From the NCBI GenBank assembly GCA_014727835.1, contig WJMT01000129.1, positions 73,618-137,617 of the forward strand: DNA of 64,000 nt, given 5' to 3'. The position numbers and the translations under genes were made by a program. Of the stretch, positions 19,811 to 28,269 are shown one piece after another (the first letter of the stretch is position 1; each line of letters starts with the position of its first letter). The notes below the pieces were generated by a model. The model did not search any database, was not told the DNA's origin, and saw only the letters and a program-made list of their open reading frames with translations. The DNA is from Candidatus Aminicenantes bacterium. Lineage in GTDB: Bacteria > Acidobacteriota > Aminicenantia > Aminicenantales > Aminicenantaceae.

Positions 19811-20080
19811 ATGATTAAAAAGGACATTGTTCAGAGAATAGAGGAAAATTCAGGATTCAGCAGAGGTGATTCCTTAGTTATTGTTGACTCCATTTTAGAT
19901 CATATAAAAGAATCCTTACAAAAAGGGGAAAAGATCGAGATCAGAGGTTTTGCCAGTTTTAAAGTGGTCCCCAAAAAGACAGGCTATGGAAGAGATATCC
20001 GGAGAAACAAACAGATCAAGATCAAAAAGGGGAAAAGAATCAAATTCAAGCCAGGGCAGGAGCTCAAAGGCCTCAGCTGA
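19811..20080 (+). CDS. HU/IHF-family DNA-binding protein
   Basis: MIKKDIVQRIEE... with the arm region GFASFKVVPKKTGYGRDIRRNKQIKIKKGKRIKFKPGQELK. AGGAG RBS 12 nt upstream. The ORF-track start at 19754 is a TTG extension. Confidence 0.8.
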   Translation: MIKKDIVQRIEENSGFSRGDSLVIVDSILDHIKESLQKGEKIEIRGFASFKVVPKKTGYGRDIRRNKQIKIKKGKRIKFKPGQELKGLS

Positions 20081-20175
20081 TCTTACCGCATCTGCTTTGT
20101 TGCAGGGAATTCGCAGTGGAGGACCACAGCCTCACACCCTGCGCCTTGCATCAACGGCAGCCTCAGCTTGTGAAT
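20078..20175. repeat. Dispersed intergenic repeat family F1 (copy A), about 95 nt with an internal hairpin
   Basis: gatcttaccgcatctgctttgttgcagggaattcgcagtggaggaccacagcctcacaccctgcgccttgcatcaacggca. Homologous copies at 25702..25797 and 39141..39232. Begins within the ihf stop codon. Confidence 0.6.
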
Positions 20176-20204
20176 TTCCCAGGATCGTAAACTTGTCTGT
20201 GAAC

Positions 20205-20259
20205 GCTAAATCTTCAATGTCGCTTCAGCCCCACCTGAATTTCCTAAGGGCTCAAATCG
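20205..20259. repeat. F2 repeat copy 2
   Basis: gctaaatcttcaatgtcgcttcagccccacctgaatttcctaagggctc, located 30 nt after the F1 copy. Confidence 0.5.
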
Positions 20260-20337
20260 ATTTTTATTCAATTATCAATAGTCAATTTATCATTTGATGT
20301 GTTTTTATGTATGATGGAAGCAGATAAGGAGACCACC

Positions 20338-21303
20338 ATGAGCAAATATAAATATGAGCCCTTATGGCCTAAAGACTTGAAAACCTATCCCTTGAAATCA
20401 AGAAAAAGCAAGGTCTCACAAAAAAATTTTGGGAAGCCGTTCAAATCTGATCCCAGTTTTTGGAAATTTATAGACAGCCTTCCTGATATTTTAGCAGCAA
20501 AGGATTTCAAAACACTTCTGCATTCCATTCGCAATGCCCGTAAAAAAGAAAAACCGATCATTGTTTCCATGGGAGCTCATGTGATCAAAGTGGGGCTCAA
20601 TCCATTGCTCATAGACCTTATGCAAAGGGGTTGGATCAATGGTCTGGCTCTGAATGGAGCAGGGATCATCCATGACTTTGAGATCGCTTTTTCAGGAAAG
20701 ACTTCAGAAGAGGTGAAAAGTCAAATCGCTCAGGGTGATTTTGGGATGGCCCGAGAGACCGGAGAATTTCTGAATAAAGCCATCCATTCAGGGAGTCAGA
20801 TAGGAATTGGGATGGGCGAGTCTATTGGAAAATTGATTCATGATTCTGATTTTCCCTATAAAAAATGGAGCTTGCTTTCATCTGCTTTTGAACTGAATAT
20901 TCCTGTCACTGTTCATGTGGGAGTGGGAACAGATATCATCCACTTTCATCCTCATGCAGAAGGTTCTTCGATTGGGAAAACTTCTCTCCAGGACTTTTTT
21001 CTGTTTTGTTCTCTGATCAAGAATCTAGAGGGAGGAGGAATCTATATCAATATCGGGTCAGCTGTTGTGCTTCCGGAAGTGTTTCTGAAAGCGGTCTCCT
21101 ATGTGAGAAACCGAGGCGGGAGACTTGAAAACTTTCACACAGCTGTGTTTGATTTCAACACTCATTACAGGCCTTTACAAAATATTGTCCAAAGGCCTTT
21201 TAAGGATAAAAAAGGCAAGGGATTTTATTTTATCGGACACCATGAAATCATGATTCCTTTACTGGCTGCGTGTTTGAAAAGCATCAGCGGGAGAGAGAAG
21301 TGA
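20338..21303 (+). CDS. Conserved hypothetical protein (Gly-rich motifs GAHVIKVGL / LNGAGIIHDFE / VHVGVGTDIIHFHPH)
   Basis: 322 aa from MSKYKYEPLW, with a GGAG RBS. No family assigned from memory. The 3' end overlaps coaE by 20 nt (convergent). Confidence 0.55.
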   Translation: MSKYKYEPLWPKDLKTYPLKSRKSKVSQKNFGKPFKSDPSFWKFIDSLPDILAAKDFKTLLHSIRNARKKEKPIIVSMGAHVIKVGLNPLLIDLMQRGWINGLALNGAGIIHDFEIAFSGKTSEEVKSQIAQGDFGMARETGEFLNKAIHSGSQIGIGMGESIGKLIHDSDFPYKKWSLLSSAFELNIPVTVHVGVGTDIIHFHPHAEGSSIGKTSLQDFFLFCSLIKNLEGGGIYINIGSAVVLPEVFLKAVSYVRNRGGRLENFHTAVFDFNTHYRPLQNIVQRPFKDKKGKGFYFIGHHEIMIPLLAACLKSISGREK

Positions 21304-21913
21304 TATCCATAATGAGAAATCGATACACTTTTTCAGCCTGTTCCACAGTGGATGAAATGCTGCCAGAGGTATCTATCAAATAATCCGCATATTTTTTCTT
21401 TTCTTGATGCGGCATTTGAGAGCGTATTCGATTCCTTGCCTCTTTCTCGGATATCCCGTCTCTTTTCATTAGACGGCGGGTTTGGATTTTTGGGCTGCAA
21501 AAGACCACAATGATTTTATCAAATTCGTCAGCTAAACCCGCTTCAATGGTTAAGGCGGCTTCAGATATGAAGATGTGATTGCGGGGATTCTGTTTCAATT
21601 TATCAATCAATTTGAGTCTGCGTTTGTTGACTAGGGGATGGGTCACTGAGTTAAGGAAGCGGCGTTGTTTTTCATCTGAAAACACAATTTTCCCCAGTTT
21701 TGAACGGTTGATGGTTTGATCCTGGTTTAAGATCGATGTTCCGAAGTGATGGACGATTTTTTTCCAAGCCGGTTTTTCTGGTTCCATGAGGAGATGTGCT
21801 TCTCTATCCGCATAAAACACTGTGCAGCCCAAATTTTCAAAGACTTTTGATGCGATGGATTTACCTGTGGCAATGCCTCCGGTCAAAGCAACTGTTAATA
21901 AAAAATGGTTCAT
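21284..21913 (-). CDS. coaE: Dephospho-CoA kinase
   Basis: P-loop VALTGGIATGKS at the N-terminus. 209 aa, typical CoaE length. Confidence 0.85.
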   Translation of the reverse strand: MNHFLLTVALTGGIATGKSIASKVFENLGCTVFYADREAHLLMEPEKPAWKKIVHHFGTSILNQDQTINRSKLGKIVFSDEKQRRFLNSVTHPLVNKRRLKLIDKLKQNPRNHIFISEAALTIEAGLADEFDKIIVVFCSPKIQTRRLMKRDGISEKEARNRIRSQMPHQEKKKYADYLIDTSGSISSTVEQAEKVYRFLIMDITSLSR

Positions 21914-21947
21914 GGAGCCATCTCAATTCACTGAGATAACCATGGGG

Positions 21948-22319
21948 TCAGTCCAGGAATTTGTACTTTTTGTTAAAGTGGACTGCGATGTTGAGCTTTT
22001 TTTTCTTTGAGTCTGTTTTCTCCATGCGAACCGTGGAGCCGGATAAAGACAGCTTGGTCTTTTTTCCATCTGTCAACTTTGACGGAATATCAATGGTCAG
22101 GTTCAACTTTGTATCTATGGTGATTCTTGCATTGAGTCCAAAATAAGCCCCACCAGAGCTGATGTTGTCAATGGTTGTTGTTTCGCTGAAGTTTTCTCCA
22201 TTGGGAAGTTTGCCTTTGATCTCAGCTTTGAGAGGCATATCAAGCCTCCACTCTCTCCTTCGGTTCAACAGTTGATCATGAATGTCTTTTTGTTTCTTGG
22301 GCTTTTTCTTTTTTGTCAT
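21948..22319 (-). CDS. PilZ domain protein (canonical c-di-GMP binding motifs)
   Basis: RxxxR (RRREWR) followed by DxSxxG (DNISSGGAY). Start set at MTKKKKPKK with a GAGAGG RBS. The ORF track adds 20 upstream codons. Confidence 0.75.
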   Translation of the reverse strand: MTKKKKPKKQKDIHDQLLNRRREWRLDMPLKAEIKGKLPNGENFSETTTIDNISSGGAYFGLNARITIDTKLNLTIDIPSKLTDGKKTKLSLSGSTVRMEKTDSKKKKLNIAVHFNKKYKFLD

Positions 22320-22344
22320 AATGGCCTCTCGAAAATTAAAATTG

Positions 22345-23031
22345 TCAGAACAAAGCTGAATTAATGGCATACAAGGCAAGTTGGAGCCTGCTGTGAGTCC
22401 CCAATTTTGCGTAAATGCTTTTTATATGTGACCTGACCGTATTTTTGCTGATAAACATTTCATTGGCGATTTGTTCATTGCTTTTTCCCTGACCGATGTG
22501 TCTCAACACCTTGAATTCCGTTGGAGTGAGTTGATCCAGTGTCTTTTCTTTCAAATCCCTTCCCACCACAGATATGATCCGGTCCATGATGCTGCTCATT
22601 TTATCCCTGGGCAGCCATATTTCTTCTCTATAGATGCTTCGGGTTGCATCAGCAAGCTGGCCTGACGGTTCATTCAGGTCAAAATATCCTCTGACTCCGG
22701 AATTCATCAGTCCAACGATCTCTTCCTGAGGAGGAATGTTGCCAATGAGCATGAGTTTGGATTTCTTTTTATCTCCAGTGATGTCTTTGATCGCTTTACA
22801 GACCTCTTTGATATTGGGCAGGGGATCGGTGTTGGAGAAAACAATGACGTCAGGATTGTCTGCTTTTATGGAATTGAGCAAAGAATCTATGGTGGATTTC
22901 TCTATTCCGATGATGTTGATTTCAGGCCCTTTCTCTAACGCTTTGATGATTCCGGATAGAATCAGATCCGAGGGACAATAAACCAACACTTTTATTTTTT
23001 TTTCTGAGGCTTTTGATTTATTTTTTTTCAT
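22345..23031 (-). CDS. LuxR-family transcriptional regulator with a degenerate receiver-like N-domain
   Basis: C-terminal HTH LuxR signature (LTPTEFKVLRHIGQGKSNEQIANEMFISKNTVRSHIKSIYAKLG). 228 aa. Confidence 0.8.
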   Translation of the reverse strand: MKKNKSKASEKKIKVLVYCPSDLILSGIIKALEKGPEINIIGIEKSTIDSLLNSIKADNPDVIVFSNTDPLPNIKEVCKAIKDITGDKKKSKLMLIGNIPPQEEIVGLMNSGVRGYFDLNEPSGQLADATRSIYREEIWLPRDKMSSIMDRIISVVGRDLKEKTLDQLTPTEFKVLRHIGQGKSNEQIANEMFISKNTVRSHIKSIYAKLGTHSRLQLALYAINSALF

Positions 23032-23210
23032 GATAGAGACGATTTATCCCCTTGTGATGAAATTGTATTGTCAGCATGAATTTGAAAATATATTAATCAA
23101 TCAAAATATCTATGTCAAGATTATAGATGAGCTGCTATCAGTGAGGGAAACTATGGGTGAAATTGAAAACAAAGATTCAATTGTGCTGGATTATTACAAA
23201 ATCGGCCTTG

Positions 23211-23564
23211 TTATGAGTCTTTTTCAATGTCGAAATGTTTGAATAATTTTAGGAGTATGTTTTGTTGTTTCGGATTATTGGTTTCTTTTGCCGCTTTGGT
23301 GACCTCGCCCAGCACAATCAATTTCAAGGGATGCTCAAGAAAAAGGGTTTTGGGAACGGCCAGAGAGGCTCTGAGAGTGGTCCCGATCAATACTTTTGTT
23401 TTGAGTTCAAACAAAGCTCTTTCAGAACTGATCTGTTTCAGAGAGGTCTTTTCTCTGAATTCATTTCCCTTGGCATCACGTCCTTGAATGTGTGCCTTGA
23501 GAGATAAAGAAAAACACTCTTCTTTTAGAGGCTTTGATGGGATGTGAGATACGGTTTTGTTCAT
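23211..23564 (-). CDS. PilZ-like small protein (degenerate motifs)
   Basis: 117 aa. Paralogous to the flanking PilZ proteins in its C-terminal beta-barrel region, but the RxxxR/DxSxxG motifs are not conserved. Confidence 0.45.
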   Translation of the reverse strand: MNKTVSHIPSKPLKEECFSLSLKAHIQGRDAKGNEFREKTSLKQISSERALFELKTKVLIGTTLRASLAVPKTLFLEHPLKLIVLGEVTKAAKETNNPKQQNILLKLFKHFDIEKDS

Positions 23565-23567
23565 GCT

Positions 23568-23927
23568 TTATTTGTATTCATCAATAATGTATTTGTTTTC
23601 AAAATGCACGGATACACGGGATTTTGAGCTCTCATCCACAGCTTCTTCCACAAATATGGTTTTGCCTTTGATGATCATTTTCAAGTCCCTGTTTTCCTTT
23701 AATTTGGGAGGAAGGTCAATGGTCAGCCGGAGTTCTGATCCGTTTGAAACCAAAGTGTTGAGCCAGAAAGATGAGCCGCTGGGACTGATGTATTGGAGCA
23801 CTGTTTTTTCTGTAAATTTTTTTCCTGATTTGTCAATACCCTCTACAATGGTGGGGAGAGGAAGTTTGAAGCCTTTTTCTTTTAAAAAATTATCTGTGGT
23901 CCTGGCTTTAATCGAGCGTTTTGTCAT
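23568..23927 (-). CDS. PilZ domain protein (paralog of 21948..22319)
   Basis: Shares the N-terminus MTKRSIKARTT and the C-terminus SVHFENKYIIDEYK with the other PilZ (AVHFNKKYKFLD). Start set at MTKR. Confidence 0.6.
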   Translation of the reverse strand: MTKRSIKARTTDNFLKEKGFKLPLPTIVEGIDKSGKKFTEKTVLQYISPSGSSFWLNTLVSNGSELRLTIDLPPKLKENRDLKMIIKGKTIFVEEAVDESSKSRVSVHFENKYIIDEYK

Positions 23928-24107
23928 TGTCGCTTCCTTTGATGAAAAACTCGCCCATAAGATGCCACAATAAATTGTTGAACACAATCACCTCTATGGA
24001 TGAAATTAGGGGGTGAATTTTTTAACCGAGTTTCTCAACAGGGGGGGCAGCTTGACAAAAAACACGCCTGTGGATAGAATGACCCCAAATAATAATCGGA
24101 GACTGAA

Positions 24108-25550
24108 GTGAATGACAAGAGCCGTTTTGTACAGAAAATAACTCCAAAAAGCACTGATTTTTCCAAATGGTACGTGGAAATCATCCGGAAAGCCGAACTT
24201 GCGGATTATGCGCCTATGAAGGGAATGATGGTGATCAGGCCTTATGGATACGCTGTTTGGGAACATATCAAGAATCATTTGGATAAGAAAATCAAGGAAA
24301 CAGGGCATAAAAATGCTTATTTTCCTCTTTTTATCCCGGAAAGTTTTTTACAAAAGGAGACCGAACACTTGGAGGGCTTTTCTCCTGAAGTCGCATGGGT
24401 GACTCATGGCGGAGAAGATGAACTTGAAGAGCGACTTGCTGTTCGGCCCACGTCAGAGGCCATTATCGGACATATGTATTCCAAGTGGATCAATTCCTAC
24501 AGAGATCTTCCGGTCCTTATAAACCAATGGGCTAATATCGTGAGGTGGGAAAAAGTCACCCGGCCCTTTCTGCGCACCGCGGAATTTTTATGGCAGGAAG
24601 GTCACACCGCTCATGAGACAAGTCAGGAAGCTGAGGAAGAGACTCAAAAAATGCTGTCTGTTTATAAGGAGTTCATAGAGAATGAATTAGCTATATCTTT
24701 GATTTCCGGATTGAAAAGCGAGAGAGAGAAATTTGCAGGAGCTTCGGCCACTTACTGTGTGGAAGCCTTGATGTCTGATAAAAAAGCGCTTCAAATGGGG
24801 ACTTCTCATTTTCTCGGACAGCATTTTTCTAAGGTTTTTGATGTCAAGTTTGAAGACAGGAACCAAGAGCTTCAATATGTATGGCAGACATCCTGGGGAG
24901 TCACAACCAGGATGGTGGGGGCTTTGGTTATGGTTCACGGAGATGATTCGGGACTGTGTTTTCCTCCCAGAGTGGCTCCTGTCCAAGTCATCATTGTTCC
25001 GATTTCTGTCGGAGATTGGAAGAAGACTGTACTTCCACATGCAGAAAAAGTGAAAAAAAAGCTGGAGAATAAAGGATTCAGAGTGGAATTGGATGATAGG
25101 GAGCAATTCACTCCGGGCTGGAAGTTTTCAGAGTGGGAGATGAAGGGAGTTCCTCTGAGATTGGAAATCGGGCCCCGGGATATTGAAAACAATAACGTGG
25201 TTCTGGTGCGTCGGGACAATCGAAAAAAACAAGTGGTCAGTCAGGATCAAATGATAGAGAAAGGGCATGAAATTTTGGATGATATCCAGAAAAGTATGCT
25301 GAATGCGTCTTTGAAGTTTCGCGAGGACAACACCCATGAAGTGAACCATTATTCTGAGTTTCAAGCGATCATGAAATCTAAAATGGGTTTTGTCAAGACA
25401 TTATGGTGCGGGAATCCTGATTGTGAAGCACACATCAAAGAAGACACCAAAGCAACCATCAGAGTCATTGCTTCAGAAAAGGAAAAGGGGAGTTGTGTTT
25501 ATTGCGACAAAGATGCGCATTTGGTTGTTTATTTTGCCAGAGCCTACTGA
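24108..25550 (+). CDS. proS: Prolyl-tRNA synthetase, archaeal/eukaryotic type
   Basis: 480 aa with class II motifs. C-terminal Zn-binding CxxC...CxxC domain (CGNPDCEA...CVYCD) and no INS editing domain, matching the archaeal-type ProRS architecture. Confidence 0.9.
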   Translation: MNDKSRFVQKITPKSTDFSKWYVEIIRKAELADYAPMKGMMVIRPYGYAVWEHIKNHLDKKIKETGHKNAYFPLFIPESFLQKETEHLEGFSPEVAWVTHGGEDELEERLAVRPTSEAIIGHMYSKWINSYRDLPVLINQWANIVRWEKVTRPFLRTAEFLWQEGHTAHETSQEAEEETQKMLSVYKEFIENELAISLISGLKSEREKFAGASATYCVEALMSDKKALQMGTSHFLGQHFSKVFDVKFEDRNQELQYVWQTSWGVTTRMVGALVMVHGDDSGLCFPPRVAPVQVIIVPISVGDWKKTVLPHAEKVKKKLENKGFRVELDDREQFTPGWKFSEWEMKGVPLRLEIGPRDIENNNVVLVRRDNRKKQVVSQDQMIEKGHEILDDIQKSMLNASLKFREDNTHEVNHYSEFQAIMKSKMGFVKTLWCGNPDCEAHIKEDTKATIRVIASEKEKGSCVYCDKDAHLVVYFARAY

Positions 25551-25552
25551 AA

Positions 25553-25650
25553 TAGGTTGTTCATAAAATCTGCCTGCATCCTTTTTCAAAAAAACTTTGA
25601 TTCTGATCTATGGGATTTTGTCCATCCGGAGATGACTGTTTTGCTGGTTC
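25553..25650. repeat. Direct repeat copy 1 of a 262-bp tandem duplication
   Basis: taggttgttcataaaatctgcctgcatcctttttcaaaaaaactttgattctgatctatgggattttgtccatccggagatgactgttttgctggttc. About 95% identical to 25815..25911. Confidence 0.7.
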
Positions 25651-25701
25651 GTATTCATGAATTATTTGATGTGCAGGCATGTTTTCCTCTTTGAGCGAGT
25701 C

Positions 25702-25797
25702 GATCTCACCGCATCTGCTTTGTTACAAGGCATTCGCAGTGAAGGACCACACCTTCATGCCTTGTGCCTTGCATCTGCGGCAATATCGTCTCGTGAA
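25702..25797. repeat. F1 repeat copy B (between the two direct repeats)
   Basis: gatctcaccgcatctgctttgttacaaggcattcgcagtgaaggaccacaccttcatgccttgtgccttgcatctgcggcaat. Perfect 7+6 bp two-part stem. Confidence 0.6.
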
Positions 25798-25814
25798 CAA
25801 CCTATTTCAATACT

Positions 25815-25911
25815 AAGTTGTTCATAAAATCTGCCTGCACCGTTTTTCAAAAAAACTTTGATTCTGATCTATGGGGTTTTGTCCATCCGGAGATGACTAT
25901 TTTGCTGGTTC
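25815..25911. repeat. Direct repeat copy 2 of the 262-bp tandem duplication
   Basis: Five mismatches in 98 nt relative to copy 1. Overlaps the ORF-track 5' extension of pcm. Confidence 0.7.
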
Positions 25912-26000
25912 TTCTTCTTGATATTTGGGATACAAAAACCTATATTAAAAAGAATGATTCGGAATACGAAAAAAGAAGGGCGAACTCAGAGAGTCCCAAT

Positions 26001-26627
26001 ATGGATTTGAAAAAGAAACAAAAGCAGATGGTCGAGATTCAGCTCAAAACAAGAGGAATCCGGGACCCAAAAGTTTTGGAGGCCATGAACAAAGTCCAAA
26101 GACATGAATTTGTCCCCAATAATTTGAATATGAATGCTTATGACGATGAGCCCCTGCCTATAGGAAGCGGACAAACCATATCTCAACCTTATGTTGTCGC
26201 CTACATGACAGAGGTTCTGAAGCTCAAAGGAGAGGAGAGAGTTCTTGAAATCGGTACAGGATCCGGATATCAAGCAGCTGTGTTAGCTGAAATTGCAAAA
26301 CAAGTCTTCACTGTGGAAGTCAGCAAAGAACTGGCAGAAAAAGCTCAGAGAATCCTTGAGAAATTAGGATACCATAACATTGAATACAAAATCGGGGATG
26401 GGACTTTAGGATGGGAAGAGCACGCTCCCTATGATGCCATTATGGTCACTGCGGCTCCTGGAAAAACACCGGAACCTCTCAAAGAACAGCTTCGATCAGG
26501 GGGGAGAATGATCATTCCTGTGGGTCATGCCTTCCAGAATCTTATTTTGTATGAAAAGTCAGATGGGAAAATCAAAAAGAAAAAACTGCTGCCTGTGCGT
26601 TTTGTGCCTCTGGTATCTAGGCATTGA
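26001..26627 (+). CDS. pcm: Protein-L-isoaspartate O-methyltransferase
   Basis: SAM-binding VLEIGTGSGYQAAVLA. A 208-aa alignment to E. coli Pcm starts at MDLKKKQ. The ORF-track start 25818 lies inside a non-coding repeat. Confidence 0.85.
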   Translation: MDLKKKQKQMVEIQLKTRGIRDPKVLEAMNKVQRHEFVPNNLNMNAYDDEPLPIGSGQTISQPYVVAYMTEVLKLKGEERVLEIGTGSGYQAAVLAEIAKQVFTVEVSKELAEKAQRILEKLGYHNIEYKIGDGTLGWEEHAPYDAIMVTAAPGKTPEPLKEQLRSGGRMIIPVGHAFQNLILYEKSDGKIKKKKLLPVRFVPLVSRH

Positions 26628-26641
26628 AGGAAAACAATCTC

Positions 26642-27130
26642 ATGACAAACGATCAAAAAACAGCAAACCAGACATCATTGGTTTTTAAAATGAGCGGAGT
26701 TGTGCTTTTTGGGATTCTTTTATTTTTGGGGAGTTTGAATTCGGTTTGTTCCACGGAGGAATACACACAGGTCTTTTTGCCTGGTGGAGAGGTGATCCAT
26801 GCTGAATTGGCTGTGACAGACCAGGAAAGGCAGCTGGGACTGATGTTTCGGGATGCCATCAATGAGGACCAGGGTATGCTTTTTATTTTTGAAAGAGAGA
26901 GCGTGCATTCATTTTGGATGAAAAATATGAAAATCAGTATCGATATCCTCTGGCTCGATAAAGATAAGCGAATTGTTCATATAGAGAAAAATGTCCCTCC
27001 GTGTCAGACTCAAGACTGCCCCTCTTATGATCCCGGGGTCTTGTCAAAATATGTCCTGGAGATCAAAGCGGGGTTAGCAGAGGAATATGAATTGAAACTC
27101 TATGATAAAGTGGATTTTATTTTAGATTGA
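26642..27130 (+). CDS. DUF192 domain protein (secreted)
   Basis: Signal-like N-terminus. Core GLMFRDAINEDQGMLFIFE...ISIDILWLDKDKRIVHI is typical of DUF192. AAGGA RBS. Confidence 0.7.
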   Translation: MTNDQKTANQTSLVFKMSGVVLFGILLFLGSLNSVCSTEEYTQVFLPGGEVIHAELAVTDQERQLGLMFRDAINEDQGMLFIFERESVHSFWMKNMKISIDILWLDKDKRIVHIEKNVPPCQTQDCPSYDPGVLSKYVLEIKAGLAEEYELKLYDKVDFILD

Positions 27131-28267
27131 ATTTGATTGTTGGTGAATGAGCTTCGCCAGTTCAGCTGCGGCATGGGCCGAAGCATTTTTGGTTCCCACT
27201 TGTTTTATTATTTTTTTAAATTCAGCGATCATTTTATTTCGAGTTTCAGCAGAGTCCAGAATTCTTGATGTCTGCCTCAATAGGGATTCTGGATTGAAAT
27301 CCTTTTGAATCAACTCTGGGATGACTTCTTTGTCTGCTATGATGTTCACAATGCTGAAATGTTTGGTTTTGACAATTTTCTTTCCGAAAAAATAGGAAAG
27401 TGGGGAAATCCTGTAAAATGAGATCAAAGGAGTTCCCAGAAGAGCTGTCTCCAGGTTTGCGGTTCCACATGCGGAGAGAACAAGGTCGCTGTAGGCCAGA
27501 GATTCCAATCCATTTTGTTTCAGTATTTTGACTGAAGAAAGCGAATCTGGAAAATATCTTTTCACTTCAGATTCCGGGATGGTTTCAGAAAGTTTTAAAA
27601 GGAATTGAGGCCTGTACTTTTGTGCGATTTTATGGGCTGCATTGACCAGCACGGGCAGATGCTGCTTGATTTCACTGCTGCGGCTTCCAGGAAGAAGAGT
27701 GATCAATTTTTTGTTAAAAGGGATATTGTGTTTATCAAAGAACTGCTGTTTGGATAAAGAGACTTGAGTTTTTTGAACCAAAGGATGACCCACAAACACA
27801 GCTGGAATCTGCTCTTTTTGGTATATTTTTTCTTCAAACGGAAAGATGAGCATCATCTTGTTCACATGTTTTTTTATTGTTTTCAGGCGCTTCCTTCTCC
27901 AGGCCCAGACGGTAGGGCTTATATAATACAACACAGGGACTCTCATTTTTTGGAGCTTTTTGGCGATTCTCAGGTTGAAATCAGGAGAGTCAATCAGGAC
28001 AGCGCATTTGGGGTTCCTTTTTTTTGTCTCCGCCTGGATTAGACGCAGCATTTTCAATACACGTGGAATGTGGAAAAAAACTTCAAAGATCCCGATGAAG
28101 GAAAGATCTTTTATGGTAAAAAGAAGTTCCACCCCTTGATTTTTCATCTGTTTTCCTCCGATTCCGTAGAAACGGGCTTTAGGGTGGAGCTTTTTGAATT
28201 CCTGCACCAGATCAGCCCCATATTGTTCGGCAGAACTTTCCCCGGCGATGATCAGGATCTGGTCCAT
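27122..28267 (-). CDS. lpxB: Lipid-A-disaccharide synthase
   Basis: 381 aa. N-terminal IIAGESSAEQYGADL (GT19 LpxB signature) and conserved central blocks. Confidence 0.9.
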   Translation of the reverse strand: MDQILIIAGESSAEQYGADLVQEFKKLHPKARFYGIGGKQMKNQGVELLFTIKDLSFIGIFEVFFHIPRVLKMLRLIQAETKKRNPKCAVLIDSPDFNLRIAKKLQKMRVPVLYYISPTVWAWRRKRLKTIKKHVNKMMLIFPFEEKIYQKEQIPAVFVGHPLVQKTQVSLSKQQFFDKHNIPFNKKLITLLPGSRSSEIKQHLPVLVNAAHKIAQKYRPQFLLKLSETIPESEVKRYFPDSLSSVKILKQNGLESLAYSDLVLSACGTANLETALLGTPLISFYRISPLSYFFGKKIVKTKHFSIVNIIADKEVIPELIQKDFNPESLLRQTSRILDSAETRNKMIAEFKKIIKQVGTKNASAHAAAELAKLIHQQSNSI

Positions 28268-28269
28268 AT

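Noticed and set aside
20078-20259. Possibility that the F1/F2 repeats form a CRISPR array or a tRNA
   Set aside because: Copies are 5-20 kb apart rather than regularly spaced with unique spacers. The sequences fit no cloverleaf (no T-loop GTTCRA and no acceptor/CCA arrangement).
23030-23242. 70-aa plus-strand ORF in the LuxR-PilZ intergenic region
   Set aside because: The region is the divergently oriented promoter/5'-UTR of the LuxR gene. The ORF has no RBS and overlaps the PilZ-like gene on the other strand.
25818-26000. 5' extension of the pcm ORF (MFIKSACTVFQKNFDSDLWGFVHPEMTILLV...)
   Set aside because: The extension lies entirely inside the second copy of the 98-nt direct repeat, and its sequence is duplicated in non-coding DNA at 25553. 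Pcm homology begins only at MDLKKKQ (26001).
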